Positions 28,423 to 37,296 of a stretch of DNA of 64,000 nt are shown piece after piece (position 1 is the first letter of the stretch; each line of letters begins with the position of its first letter). The translations under genes and the position numbers were made by a program. The DNA lies in contig CAVQNG010000005.1 of the NCBI GenBank assembly GCA_963713825.1, forward strand, positions 352,001 to 416,000, in the 5' to 3' direction. The stretch is from an uncultured Acidobacteriota bacterium (GTDB lineage: Bacteria; Acidobacteriota; Thermoanaerobaculia; Multivoradales; JAHEKO01). The notes under the pieces were generated by a model that was not told the DNA's origin, did no database searches, and saw nothing but the letters and a program-made list of their open reading frames with translations.

Positions 28423-31400
28423 GTGCGATTGACGGAGCTATCCCTAAGCAACCGGGTGACGGTCTTCTTCCTGATGGCGGCAGTCATCTTCGCCGGTCTG
28501 ACGGCCTACCGCACGCTACCGAGAGAGTCCTACCCGGACATCGAGATACCCCTGATCATCGTTTACACGATCTATCCGGGGGCGGCGCCCGGCGACGTCG
28601 AAAAGCAGGTCACCGACCAGTTGGAGCGCGAGCTCAAAGGTCTCGAGGGGATCAAGGAGATCACCTCGACATCGCAGGAGAGCGCTTCGGTCATTACGGT
28701 GGAGTACATCTCGGGCACCGATATCGACATGGCGCTGCAGAAGGTCCGCGATCGCGTCGACCTTGCCAAACCCGACCTGCCAACGGACGCGGAAGAGCCG
28801 ATCTTGCAGGAGATCAGCTTCTCGGATATTCCGATCATCCAGGTCAATCTGTCGGGTGATGTGGGGCCAGTGGTCCTCAAGGATCTGGCCGAAGATCTGC
28901 AGGACGAGCTCGAGGGCATTCGGGGTGTCTTGAAGGTCGACCTGGTGGGCGGCCTGGAGCGTGAAGTCAGGGTCGATGTGAACCCAGAGAAATTGCGGCA
29001 GTACGGGTTGGCCCTGTCCGATGTGGTCGACACCATCGGCGACGAGAACGTCTCCATTCCAGGTGGTGACATGGATCTCGGGTCGCAGTCGTTTGCAGTC
29101 CGCGTTCCTGGTGAGGTCGTCGATCCGCTGATGATCGGTGATTTCGTGATCAAGGCCAGAGGTGGTCAGCCGATCTTCGTCAACGATGTGGCAACGGTTT
29201 CCTTCGGCTTCAAGGACAGGGACTCCTTCGCCCGCATCAACGGCAGGGAGTCGGTGGCCCTCGCGGTATCGAAGCGCACCGGTGCCAACGTCATTGAAGT
29301 TGCCGATGCGGTCAAGGAGCAGGTAGCGATCTACCAAGCCCAGTGGCCGGGTGGTGTGGAGGCGACGATCCTCGGCGATCAGAGCAAGGACATCCGCCGG
29401 ATGGTCAAGGACCTGGAGAACAACATCCTCTCCGGCCTCGTTCTCGTTGTGGTGGTATTGATGTTCGCTCTGAATTTCAGGAACGCTCTCTTTGTCGGTC
29501 TGGCGATTCCGTTCTCGATGCTCCTGACCTTTCTCGCCGTGCAGATATGGGGCGAAACGCTCAACATGGTGGTCTTGTTTGCGCTCATTCTGGCAGTGGG
29601 CATGTTGGTGGACAACGCCGTTGTCGTGATCGAGAACATCTATCGCCACATGCAGGAGGGCAAGGGCCGCATGGAGGCGGCCTCCATCGCGACCAAGGAG
29701 GTCGGGTCGGCGATCTTCTTCTCCACGTTGACGACGCTGGCGGCCTTCTCGCCACTGTTCTTCTGGCCGGACATCGTCGGCGACTTCATGTGGTTCCTCC
29801 CTTTTACTGTCTGTCTGGCTCTTACGGGTTCTCTTCTCGTCGCCTTCACGGTCAACCCGACCCTGGCGGCGACCTTCATGCGGGTCAAGGAAAAGGACCG
29901 AAGGGTCGCTGGAGACGAGCCCGATTCCGGGAACGGTTGGCAGGGCGTGATCGGTGGGTTCGTCGTCAAGATGTACAAGGGTACGCTCAGTTGGGCCCTC
30001 GACCACCGGCTGGTCGTGATCCTCGGCACTGTAGGAGCCTTTGTCGGAGTCTTCTTCCTCTTTGGCGTCTTCAATCACGGAGTGGAGTTCTTCCCCGAGA
30101 CGGAGCCCACCCAGATCATTGTCGATGTGGAGATGCCCCCGGGGACGCGGATCGAAGTGACCGACACGGTCGTCCGCGAGCTGGAGCGCCGCTTGTCCGA
30201 CCTGCCCGATGTCCGGGTGATGGCGGCAGGAACTGGAGCCGGAGCCCAGAGCGAGTTCCGCGCGGGAGGCTCGGGCAGTGGCACATCCGGGCGAATCATG
30301 CTGGACCTGTTGGACCGCGGAGATCGAGAGCAGAACTCGTTCGAGACCCTCGAGCAGGCCAGGGAGCTGGTCAAAGGAGTCCCAGGTGCGGTCATCAATG
30401 TCGACCGCCCCGAGGAGGGTCCGCCGGTCGGCGATCCAGTTTCCATCGAGTTGACCGGCGAAGATTTCGAGACCCTGGGAGCGATCTCGCGGCAGATCCG
30501 CAAGGAGATCGAAGACATCCCGGGCCTGGTGTCGCTGGACGACGACTTCGACCTGGCCCGGCCCGAGCTAGTTGTGCGCCTCGACCGGACCGAGGCCTCG
30601 AGGTTGGGACTCACCACAGCCAAAGTGGCCTCGATGATGCGCACCGCGATCAACGGGACTGAAGCTTCGACCTACCGCGATGGTGACGACGACATCGACA
30701 TCACGGTGCGCTTGCAGGAACAGTCGCGTGGATCGTTGGCCGACATCGCTCGACTCACGGTGGTGACGGAAGGCGGCAGCCAGATACCCATTTCTGCGAT
30801 AGCCAATGTCGAGCAGTCCGCATCGCTCACCAGTATTCGCCACAAGGACCACAAGCGGGTCGTGACGGTCAGTGGCAAGGTCACCACCCCAACGATGGCC
30901 GAACCCGTCCGATCCGAGGCGGTGCGCCGAATCGATGCCACTCCGGATCTGCTGCCGATGGGCTATTCGATGAGCTTCGGCGGTCAGAGCCAGGACGAGG
31001 ACGAGGCCAAGGAGTTTCTGACTTCTGCCTTCCTCTACGCCGTGCTGATGGTCCTCGGTCTCATGGTGGCGAAGTTCGACTCGATCGCTCTGCCTGTCAT
31101 CGTCATCACCACGGTCATCATGTCCATGATCGGGGTACTGCTGGGGCTCATGCTCACCGGCTTGCCATTCGGCATCATCATGACCGGTCTGGGCGTGATC
31201 TCGCTGGCCGGCATCGTGGTCAACAACGCAATCGTTCTCCTCGATTACGGGGAGCAGCTGGGGGCCACCGGCCTGCCACGGCGTGAGCTCATCATGACGA
31301 CCGGCCTACGTCGTTTGCGGCCCGTGCTGTTGACGGCCATCACCACCATCCTGGGGCTCATTCCGCTGTCCACCGGCTTCGAGTTCGATTTCACCGAGTT

Positions 31401-31614
31401 CCACTTCTCCAGTGGAGGAGAGAGCAGCCAGTGGTGGAAGGGGATGGGTGTAGCGGTGATCTTCGGTCTCGCCTTCGCCACGTTCCTGACGCTGGTGGTG
31501 CTGCCCGTGCTCTACGACTTCCTCTTGCAGTTGCGAGAGCGCAAGGCCCGGAAGAAGAGACCCCAGCCCGAGCCGGTCGAGGCCATCGGCGAAGAGCGGG
31601 AACAGGTGGCCTGA
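28423..31614 (+). CDS. RND efflux permease (AcrB/AcrD/AcrF family)
   Basis: 1063 aa; YPGAAP.DVE, GMLVDNAVVVIENI, GIVVNNAIVLLD, RLRPVLLTAITTILG. Confidence 0.95.
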   Translation: MRLTELSLSNRVTVFFLMAAVIFAGLTAYRTLPRESYPDIEIPLIIVYTIYPGAAPGDVEKQVTDQLERELKGLEGIKEITSTSQESASVITVEYISGTDIDMALQKVRDRVDLAKPDLPTDAEEPILQEISFSDIPIIQVNLSGDVGPVVLKDLAEDLQDELEGIRGVLKVDLVGGLEREVRVDVNPEKLRQYGLALSDVVDTIGDENVSIPGGDMDLGSQSFAVRVPGEVVDPLMIGDFVIKARGGQPIFVNDVATVSFGFKDRDSFARINGRESVALAVSKRTGANVIEVADAVKEQVAIYQAQWPGGVEATILGDQSKDIRRMVKDLENNILSGLVLVVVVLMFALNFRNALFVGLAIPFSMLLTFLAVQIWGETLNMVVLFALILAVGMLVDNAVVVIENIYRHMQEGKGRMEAASIATKEVGSAIFFSTLTTLAAFSPLFFWPDIVGDFMWFLPFTVCLALTGSLLVAFTVNPTLAATFMRVKEKDRRVAGDEPDSGNGWQGVIGGFVVKMYKGTLSWALDHRLVVILGTVGAFVGVFFLFGVFNHGVEFFPETEPTQIIVDVEMPPGTRIEVTDTVVRELERRLSDLPDVRVMAAGTGAGAQSEFRAGGSGSGTSGRIMLDLLDRGDREQNSFETLEQARELVKGVPGAVINVDRPEEGPPVGDPVSIELTGEDFETLGAISRQIRKEIEDIPGLVSLDDDFDLARPELVVRLDRTEASRLGLTTAKVASMMRTAINGTEASTYRDGDDDIDITVRLQEQSRGSLADIARLTVVTEGGSQIPISAIANVEQSASLTSIRHKDHKRVVTVSGKVTTPTMAEPVRSEAVRRIDATPDLLPMGYSMSFGGQSQDEDEAKEFLTSAFLYAVLMVLGLMVAKFDSIALPVIVITTVIMSMIGVLLGLMLTGLPFGIIMTGLGVISLAGIVVNNAIVLLDYGEQLGATGLPRRELIMTTGLRRLRPVLLTAITTILGLIPLSTGFEFDFTEFHFSSGGESSQWWKGMGVAVIFGLAFATFLTLVVLPVLYDFLLQLRERKARKKRPQPEPVEAIGEEREQVA

Positions 31615-31684
31615 ACCACGGCTCGATCGGTCCCGGAGGAGGGGTGGCTGTCCCCACCCCCACGAGGTACCATCGGTCCCTACC

Positions 31685-33724
31685 GTGGTGACGATCGAAC
31701 GCAGTACGAGTCGGTGGCGACGGGGGATCCTGAAGAATGGGGTCCCTGCGGCGCTGGCTCTCGGTCTCGTGGCCTGTGGTGGCCAATCCGCAGACGAGGC
31801 TTCGATCGAGCCACCGACGCAAGAAACTCCGAGCGGGCGAATCGAGCCGGTTCCCCTGGCTTCGGTCCAGGTCCTGGATACCTTCTGGAAACCTCGGATG
31901 GAGACCAATCGGCGGGTCACCATCCCACACATCCTGGAGCAGAACGAGGCGACCGGCCGGGTCGACAACTTCCGGAGGGCTGCGGGTCTCCTCGAAGGAC
32001 CCTACCTGGGTCGCCGGTTCAATGACACTGACGTCTACAAAGCGATCGAGGCCGCCAGCCTCAGCCTTATCCGGAGTCCCGATCTGGAGCTCGAGGCGCG
32101 CCTGGACGAGCTGATTGCTCTCATTGCAGCGGCGCAGGAGGAGGACGGGTACCTGTTCCCGGCCCGGACAATCGACCCGGAGAATCCGGCGCCCGGTGTC
32201 GGCCCCGAGCGCTGGATCTACGTGGCCGTTGGCAGCCACGAGCTCTACAACGCCGGGCATTTGATCGAGGCAGCCGTTGCCCACAATCAAGCCACAGGCA
32301 AGCGAACCCTGTTGGAGGTAGCCACTCGCTTCGCCGACCGGATCGATCGAGACTTCGGACCGCAGGCTCGCCGGGACATCCCGGGCCATGAGGAGATCGA
32401 GCTTGCCCTGGTCAAGCTGGCGGACCTCACCGGCGAGTCCCGCTACTTCGATCTGGCACGGTTCTTTCTGGACCAACGGGGAGGTGCCCATGACGGGGAG
32501 CTCTACCCCGAGGGCACGGACTTTGCCATCTACAACGATCGTCTCTACAAACAGGACCACCGAGCTGTTGCGGAGCAATCCGAGGGCGTTGGGCACGCGG
32601 TGCGGGCGGCGTACCTCTACGCCGGCATGGCCGACGTCTCGGCACGATCGGAAGCTCCAGGCTACGGGGAAGCTCTGGATCGCATTTGGCTGGATGTCGT
32701 CGGAAGCAAGCTCTATTTGACAGGCGGCATCGGTTCGCGCGACACGGTGGAATCGTTCGGCGACAGCTTCGAGCTGCCCAACCGGACCGCCTACACCGAG
32801 ACCTGTGCCGCGATCGGCAACGGTCTCTGGAACCATCGGATGTTCCTGTCGACTGGCGAGGCCCGCTACCTGGACGTCATGGAGAGAACTCTCTACAACG
32901 GTGCGCTGTCGGGCGTTTCGGCCAGTGGCGACGCCTTCTTCTATACGAATCCGCTGGAGTCCGCAGGCGGAGTCGGTCGCAGTGAGTACTTCGATGTGGC
33001 GTGCTGTCCGGCCAATCTGGCGCGACTCGTGGCTCAGATCCCCGGGCTGATCTATGGCAATCGGGACTCCGAGATCTTCGTCAATCTCTACGTCGCAAGC
33101 ACGGCAAGCTTGGAACTGCCGGATGCGGGGGGCGTGGTGCTCGAGCAGGACACGATCTATCCATGGGATGGGACCGTACGGTTGCGCTTGAGCCTCGAGA
33201 GGCCCGCAGCGCTCGACATCCATCTGCGGATTCCAGGATGGGCCAGGGATCTGGCCTCAACGACCGATCTGTACCGGTTTGCTGGAGCGGCGGGGGCCGA
33301 GCCGTCGATTCGGGTCAATGGGGAGGTCGTCCCAGGGTCGCCGGCTCGCGGCTTCGTGATGCTGAGCCGAACCTGGAGGAGTGGAGATGAGATCGTGCTC
33401 GAGCTGCCGATGCCGCCGCGCCGGGTACTCGCCCATGCGGCCGTCGTCGAGAACGAAGGGAAGGTCGCATTGCAGCGCGGGCCTGTCGTCTACGCCGTCG
33501 AGGAGATGGACCACGAAGGGAGTGTTCTCGACCTCGAACTCCCCTTTGACGCGGCGTTGGTCGCCGAGTACGAGCCGGAGCTTCTCGGCGGCGTTGTAGT
33601 CATTCGAACGGCGGCGGTGCGGGCCGGTCGAAGAGTGCCCCTGACGGCGATCCCGTACTTTGCGTGGGCCAACCGGGGCGATGGGGAGATGGTGGTTTGG
33701 ATGCGGCAGGCCGGTCCGGGATGA
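31685..33724 (+). CDS. GH127 family glycoside hydrolase (beta-L-arabinofuranosidase-like), probable lipoprotein
   Basis: Lipobox LVAC; HELYNAGH, GHEEIELAL, GHAVRA, YTETCA, ACCPAN, LRIPGWA, ALQRGP, IPYFAWANRG. Confidence 0.9.
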   Translation: MVTIERSTSRWRRGILKNGVPAALALGLVACGGQSADEASIEPPTQETPSGRIEPVPLASVQVLDTFWKPRMETNRRVTIPHILEQNEATGRVDNFRRAAGLLEGPYLGRRFNDTDVYKAIEAASLSLIRSPDLELEARLDELIALIAAAQEEDGYLFPARTIDPENPAPGVGPERWIYVAVGSHELYNAGHLIEAAVAHNQATGKRTLLEVATRFADRIDRDFGPQARRDIPGHEEIELALVKLADLTGESRYFDLARFFLDQRGGAHDGELYPEGTDFAIYNDRLYKQDHRAVAEQSEGVGHAVRAAYLYAGMADVSARSEAPGYGEALDRIWLDVVGSKLYLTGGIGSRDTVESFGDSFELPNRTAYTETCAAIGNGLWNHRMFLSTGEARYLDVMERTLYNGALSGVSASGDAFFYTNPLESAGGVGRSEYFDVACCPANLARLVAQIPGLIYGNRDSEIFVNLYVASTASLELPDAGGVVLEQDTIYPWDGTVRLRLSLERPAALDIHLRIPGWARDLASTTDLYRFAGAAGAEPSIRVNGEVVPGSPARGFVMLSRTWRSGDEIVLELPMPPRRVLAHAAVVENEGKVALQRGPVVYAVEEMDHEGSVLDLELPFDAALVAEYEPELLGGVVVIRTAAVRAGRRVPLTAIPYFAWANRGDGEMVVWMRQAGPG

Positions 33725-34872
33725 GTAGCTCCAAAGACAACCAGGCTTCCTCGTCCTCTTCCGAGGGTTGGATCAAGGCGACCTATGCGCTGAGTCTGGC
33801 GCCGGGAGAGTCTCCGGAAGCGAAGGCGAAGGCTCTCGCATTCGAGCAGACGGTGGAGCTCCCCCCGGAGTCCGTGTCCGATGAACTGGTGGCGAGCGTC
33901 GTGGGTCGGGTGGAGCGTCTCGAACGGGGCGCGGGTGATCGATGGCTGGCGACCCTCTACTTCAGGTCGAGCTTGGCGGGTGGGAGTTTCTCCCAGCTGA
34001 TGAATCTGCTGTACGGCAATATGTCCCTGCTTTCCGGGGTTCGCCTACTGGAAGTGGAGTGGCCGGACGACCTGCTGACCCGGTTTCCCGGACCGAGATT
34101 CGGGCTCGAGGGGCTACGAGACCTTTGCGGCGTGGAGGCCCGACGTCCTCTGACCTGCGCGGTGTCCAAACCTCTGGGCTTGTCGGCTTTGCAGCTGGCC
34201 GACCTGGTGAGCCAGTACGCACGGGCGGGCATCGACATCATCAAGGACGATCACTCTCTGGCCGATCAACCCGACGCTCCCTTCCGCGAACGGGTAGCCC
34301 TGTGCCAGCGGGCCGTGGAGGAGGTCAATCGGTCGGAAGGTACGACGGCCGCCTACTTTCCCAGCTTGGGAGGGGGTGGCCAGGAGCTGCTGGACAACTT
34401 CCACTTCCTGCGAGAGTCAGGCTGTCGTGGAACCGTGGTGATTCCGTTCTATCTTGGACTGGACACGGTCTCCGGACTGGCATCGGAGTCGGAGCTGGCC
34501 CTGCTGGCCCATCCTTCCGGCAGTGGCGTCTTCTTTGCCGAGGAGCACGGCGTGGCTCCCGAGGTGTACCTCGGCCAGTTGCTCCGGATGGCTGGCTGCG
34601 ATGCGGTGATCTATCCGCACGCTGGTGGTCGTTTCGGCATGGACACCCAAACAGCAGGCGCCATCAGCGCGAACCTACTGGCTGACTTGGGGAGCCTACG
34701 GCCTTCGGCACCGGCTCCGGGTGGCAGCTTCGATCCGGCCGCGCTGGCTGAATGGTTCGACGTTTACGGCCCCGACAGTCTCTTCGTGGTCGGCGGCGCT
34801 GTAGCGTGTGCCGACGATCCCCAGAAGGCTGCCGGAATGCTGGTTTCGAAGGTTCGCGAGGCCTTCGTCTAG
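33721..34872 (+). CDS. RuBisCO-like protein (form IV)
   Basis: EQTVE, NLLYGNMSL, FPGPRFGLEGLR, KPLGLS, GIDIIKDDH, LAHP. ATG 33721 overlaps the GH127 stop. Confidence 0.88.
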   Translation: MSSSKDNQASSSSSEGWIKATYALSLAPGESPEAKAKALAFEQTVELPPESVSDELVASVVGRVERLERGAGDRWLATLYFRSSLAGGSFSQLMNLLYGNMSLLSGVRLLEVEWPDDLLTRFPGPRFGLEGLRDLCGVEARRPLTCAVSKPLGLSALQLADLVSQYARAGIDIIKDDHSLADQPDAPFRERVALCQRAVEEVNRSEGTTAAYFPSLGGGGQELLDNFHFLRESGCRGTVVIPFYLGLDTVSGLASESELALLAHPSGSGVFFAEEHGVAPEVYLGQLLRMAGCDAVIYPHAGGRFGMDTQTAGAISANLLADLGSLRPSAPAPGGSFDPAALAEWFDVYGPDSLFVVGGAVACADDPQKAAGMLVSKVREAFV

Positions 34873-34890
34873 AGCGATCCGCCAACGACA

Positions 34891-35310
34891 ATGTCGAGAT
34901 CTTCCCATCGGTGGTACCTCTATCTGTTGGCGCTCGCTATGGTGATCGTCTGGTTCGTGAGCAACAGGGCGGCAGAACGGTTGCCGCTGCTCGTCATCTC
35001 CGGCCCCACTGACCTCGAGACCTTCGCGATCGCCAAGGAGGATGGCGAAGTGCTCTGGTCCATCGCCGCCAGCGAGCCGAGGACGCTCAGCCGAATCGAG
35101 TATGGCTCGGTGCCTGCGGGCTTTCACCAAATGGTGCCCGCAGGCAACGAACCGCCGCGCTCGCTGATCGCCGGCGAGTGGCTCGAATGCGAGACGGTAA
35201 CCGGAGATGGGGTCTTCATCCACCAGGGTCTGGCTACCGGGCCGGAGACCTTCAACCCCGTGACCAGCACGATGTCGCTGGTCGGATCCGAAGCTAGGCC
35301 GTCGGACTGA
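34891..35310 (+). CDS. Hypothetical membrane-anchored protein
   Basis: 139-aa ORF with an N-terminal hydrophobic helix; fills the gap between the RLP and ABC-F genes. Confidence 0.55.
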   Translation: MSRSSHRWYLYLLALAMVIVWFVSNRAAERLPLLVISGPTDLETFAIAKEDGEVLWSIAASEPRTLSRIEYGSVPAGFHQMVPAGNEPPRSLIAGEWLECETVTGDGVFIHQGLATGPETFNPVTSTMSLVGSEARPSD

Positions 35311-37222
35311 GTGAAGCGAGCTCTTCCTCGACCTCAGCCCATTCCTGCATGAGCTCTTCGACGCGCGAGGTGAGGCGCTTCTGCTCTTGCTCGAGTTTCT
35401 TGACCTCGGCCGCTGGGGTGCGGTCGAAGTACTGGGGATCACAGAAGATCTCGTTGATGTCGTGAACTCGAGACTCCGCCTTCTCGATGGCGGCCGTCAG
35501 CTCGTCTCGTCGTCCGGCCAGCTTGCGGAGCTCCTTGGCATCGTCCGAGGTTCCGCCCTCGGCCCTGCGAGCTTTTCTCTTCCGTTTCTCTCTCTTGACC
35601 TTGAGAGCGACGGCATCGGAATCGAGATGGTCGTCGCCACACTTGGCGACGTACTCCTCGTAGGTGCCTTCGAAGGCCTGCAATCCCTGCGGCGTGATTT
35701 CGACGATGCGGTCGGCCAGCTCCGAGACGAACCAGCGATCGTGGGAAACGAAGAGCAGGGTTCCCTCGTAGGCCTTGAGCGCGACGACCAGCGCCTCGAT
35801 GGCCTCGAGGTCGAGATGGTTGGTGGGCTCGTCGAGAATCAGGACGTTGGGTTCCTGCACGGACAGGCGGGCAAAGAGCAATCGGGCGGCCTCGCCTCCG
35901 GAGAGACTACCCAAGCGCTTCTCGACTTCCTCCCTGGAGAAGAGCACCAGGGCCAGGCGAGAGCGCACGAAGCCGATCGTCTCCCCGGGACACAGCTCCC
36001 ACAAGCTCGCTTCGACGGTCTGTTTGTCGTTGGTGAGCTGCTGACGGTGGTCCTGGGCGAAGTACCCTTTGTGGGTCTCGTATCCCCACTCCGTTTCGCC
36101 GGCATCAGCCTCGACCTCGCCCATGGCGATCTTGAGCAGCGTCGATTTGCCGATGCCGTTGGGGCCGATGATGGCCACCCGCTCACCGCGCCGCACCGTA
36201 AGAGACACATTCTCCAGGACCTGGTTGTCATCGTAGGCCTTCGAGATACCGTCGATTGCCAGCACCTCTTTGCCACTCGGCCGTTGCTCGTGAAAACGGA
36301 ACTTGGGGTAGCGGCGTGAGCTCTCGGCCAGGGGCTCGAGCTCGTCCTGGCGCTTTTCGATCAAGCGGAGCTTGCTCTGCGCCTGACGCGCCTTGGTCGC
36401 TTTGGCGCGGAAGCGATCCACGAAGACCCTGTGGTGAGCGATCTCCTTCTCCCGCTTCGCGAGCTCCTTTTCCATCCGCTCCCGGTCGCCCTGCTTGGAC
36501 TGGTCGAACTGGCTATAGTTGCCGGAATACAGACGCACGGTCTCGTAGTCGACGTCCAGGATGTCGGTCGAGACATTGTCGAGGAAGCGGTGGTCGTGGG
36601 AGATGACGATGACGATGCCGGGGAATTCTTGCAGGAACTTCTCCAGCCAGCGGATGGAGAGAATGTCGAGATGGTTGGTCGGCTCGTCGAGCAAGAGAGC
36701 GTCGGGGCTGGAAGCCAGCACTTGAGCCAGCAGTACCCTGAGCTTGAAACCGCCCGACAGGGTGCCGAGCGCATCGTGATGCACCTCGGCTGGAATCCCG
36801 AGGCCCTCCAGGATCTCCGCAGCCTGTGCTTCGACGCTGTAGCCGTCGTTGCGCAGGATGATGTCCTCGAGCTCGGAGTAGCGCTCGGCGTCGAACGACT
36901 CTTCGGCCCGGCTGAGGATCTCTTCCTTCTCGGCCATAGCGCGCCAGAGAGCTTCGTTGCCCATGAGCACGACGTTGAGGATGGGCTCGGTGTCCTGAAG
37001 GAACTGGTCCTGCCGCAGAACCCCGAGCTTGAGACGCTTCGGGATCGAGATCGTGCCGTCGCTGGGGAGCTCATCGCCAGCCAGGATCTTCATCAGGGTC
37101 GACTTGCCGGAGCCGTTGGCCCCGACCAGGCCATAGCTCTGACCCGGGTTGAGCTGGAACGAGACGCCGGTGAAGAGGGTCTGCGGGCCGAAAGATTTGG
37201 CCAGATTCGACACGGAAATCAT
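35294..37222 (-). CDS. ABC-F family ATPase (YbiT/Uup-like ribosome-associated)
   Basis: Two ABC domains (GANGSGKST..LSGG..LDEPTNHLD; GPNGIGKST..LSGGE..LDEPTNHLD), no TM segments, C-terminal coiled coil. Start at ATG 37222. Confidence 0.92.
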   Translation of the reverse strand: MISVSNLAKSFGPQTLFTGVSFQLNPGQSYGLVGANGSGKSTLMKILAGDELPSDGTISIPKRLKLGVLRQDQFLQDTEPILNVVLMGNEALWRAMAEKEEILSRAEESFDAERYSELEDIILRNDGYSVEAQAAEILEGLGIPAEVHHDALGTLSGGFKLRVLLAQVLASSPDALLLDEPTNHLDILSIRWLEKFLQEFPGIVIVISHDHRFLDNVSTDILDVDYETVRLYSGNYSQFDQSKQGDRERMEKELAKREKEIAHHRVFVDRFRAKATKARQAQSKLRLIEKRQDELEPLAESSRRYPKFRFHEQRPSGKEVLAIDGISKAYDDNQVLENVSLTVRRGERVAIIGPNGIGKSTLLKIAMGEVEADAGETEWGYETHKGYFAQDHRQQLTNDKQTVEASLWELCPGETIGFVRSRLALVLFSREEVEKRLGSLSGGEAARLLFARLSVQEPNVLILDEPTNHLDLEAIEALVVALKAYEGTLLFVSHDRWFVSELADRIVEITPQGLQAFEGTYEEYVAKCGDDHLDSDAVALKVKREKRKRKARRAEGGTSDDAKELRKLAGRRDELTAAIEKAESRVHDINEIFCDPQYFDRTPAAEVKKLEQEQKRLTSRVEELMQEWAEVEEELASLSPTA

Positions 37223-37296
37223 GGAACGCGAGAGAATACCATGTGGCAGAGTCGGATTGGCTTGGCCCGAAGGTTGCTTACTAGTAAATAGAAACC

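Noticed and set aside
26009-31614. RND pump as the lasso peptide exporter
   Set aside because: It is separated from the cluster by aceBA and has its own TetR and operator; nothing in the sequence links them.
31391-33223. Long antisense ORFs (also 28516-30078, 37849-39585 and others)
   Set aside because: They are shadows of high-GC coding genes on the opposite strand with no recognisable motifs.
33721-34872. CO2-fixing RuBisCO (with glpX as a Calvin-cycle gene)
   Set aside because: KDDH motif, missing catalytic residues, short length, and no small subunit or phosphoribulokinase in the window; glpX is a common gluconeogenic enzyme.
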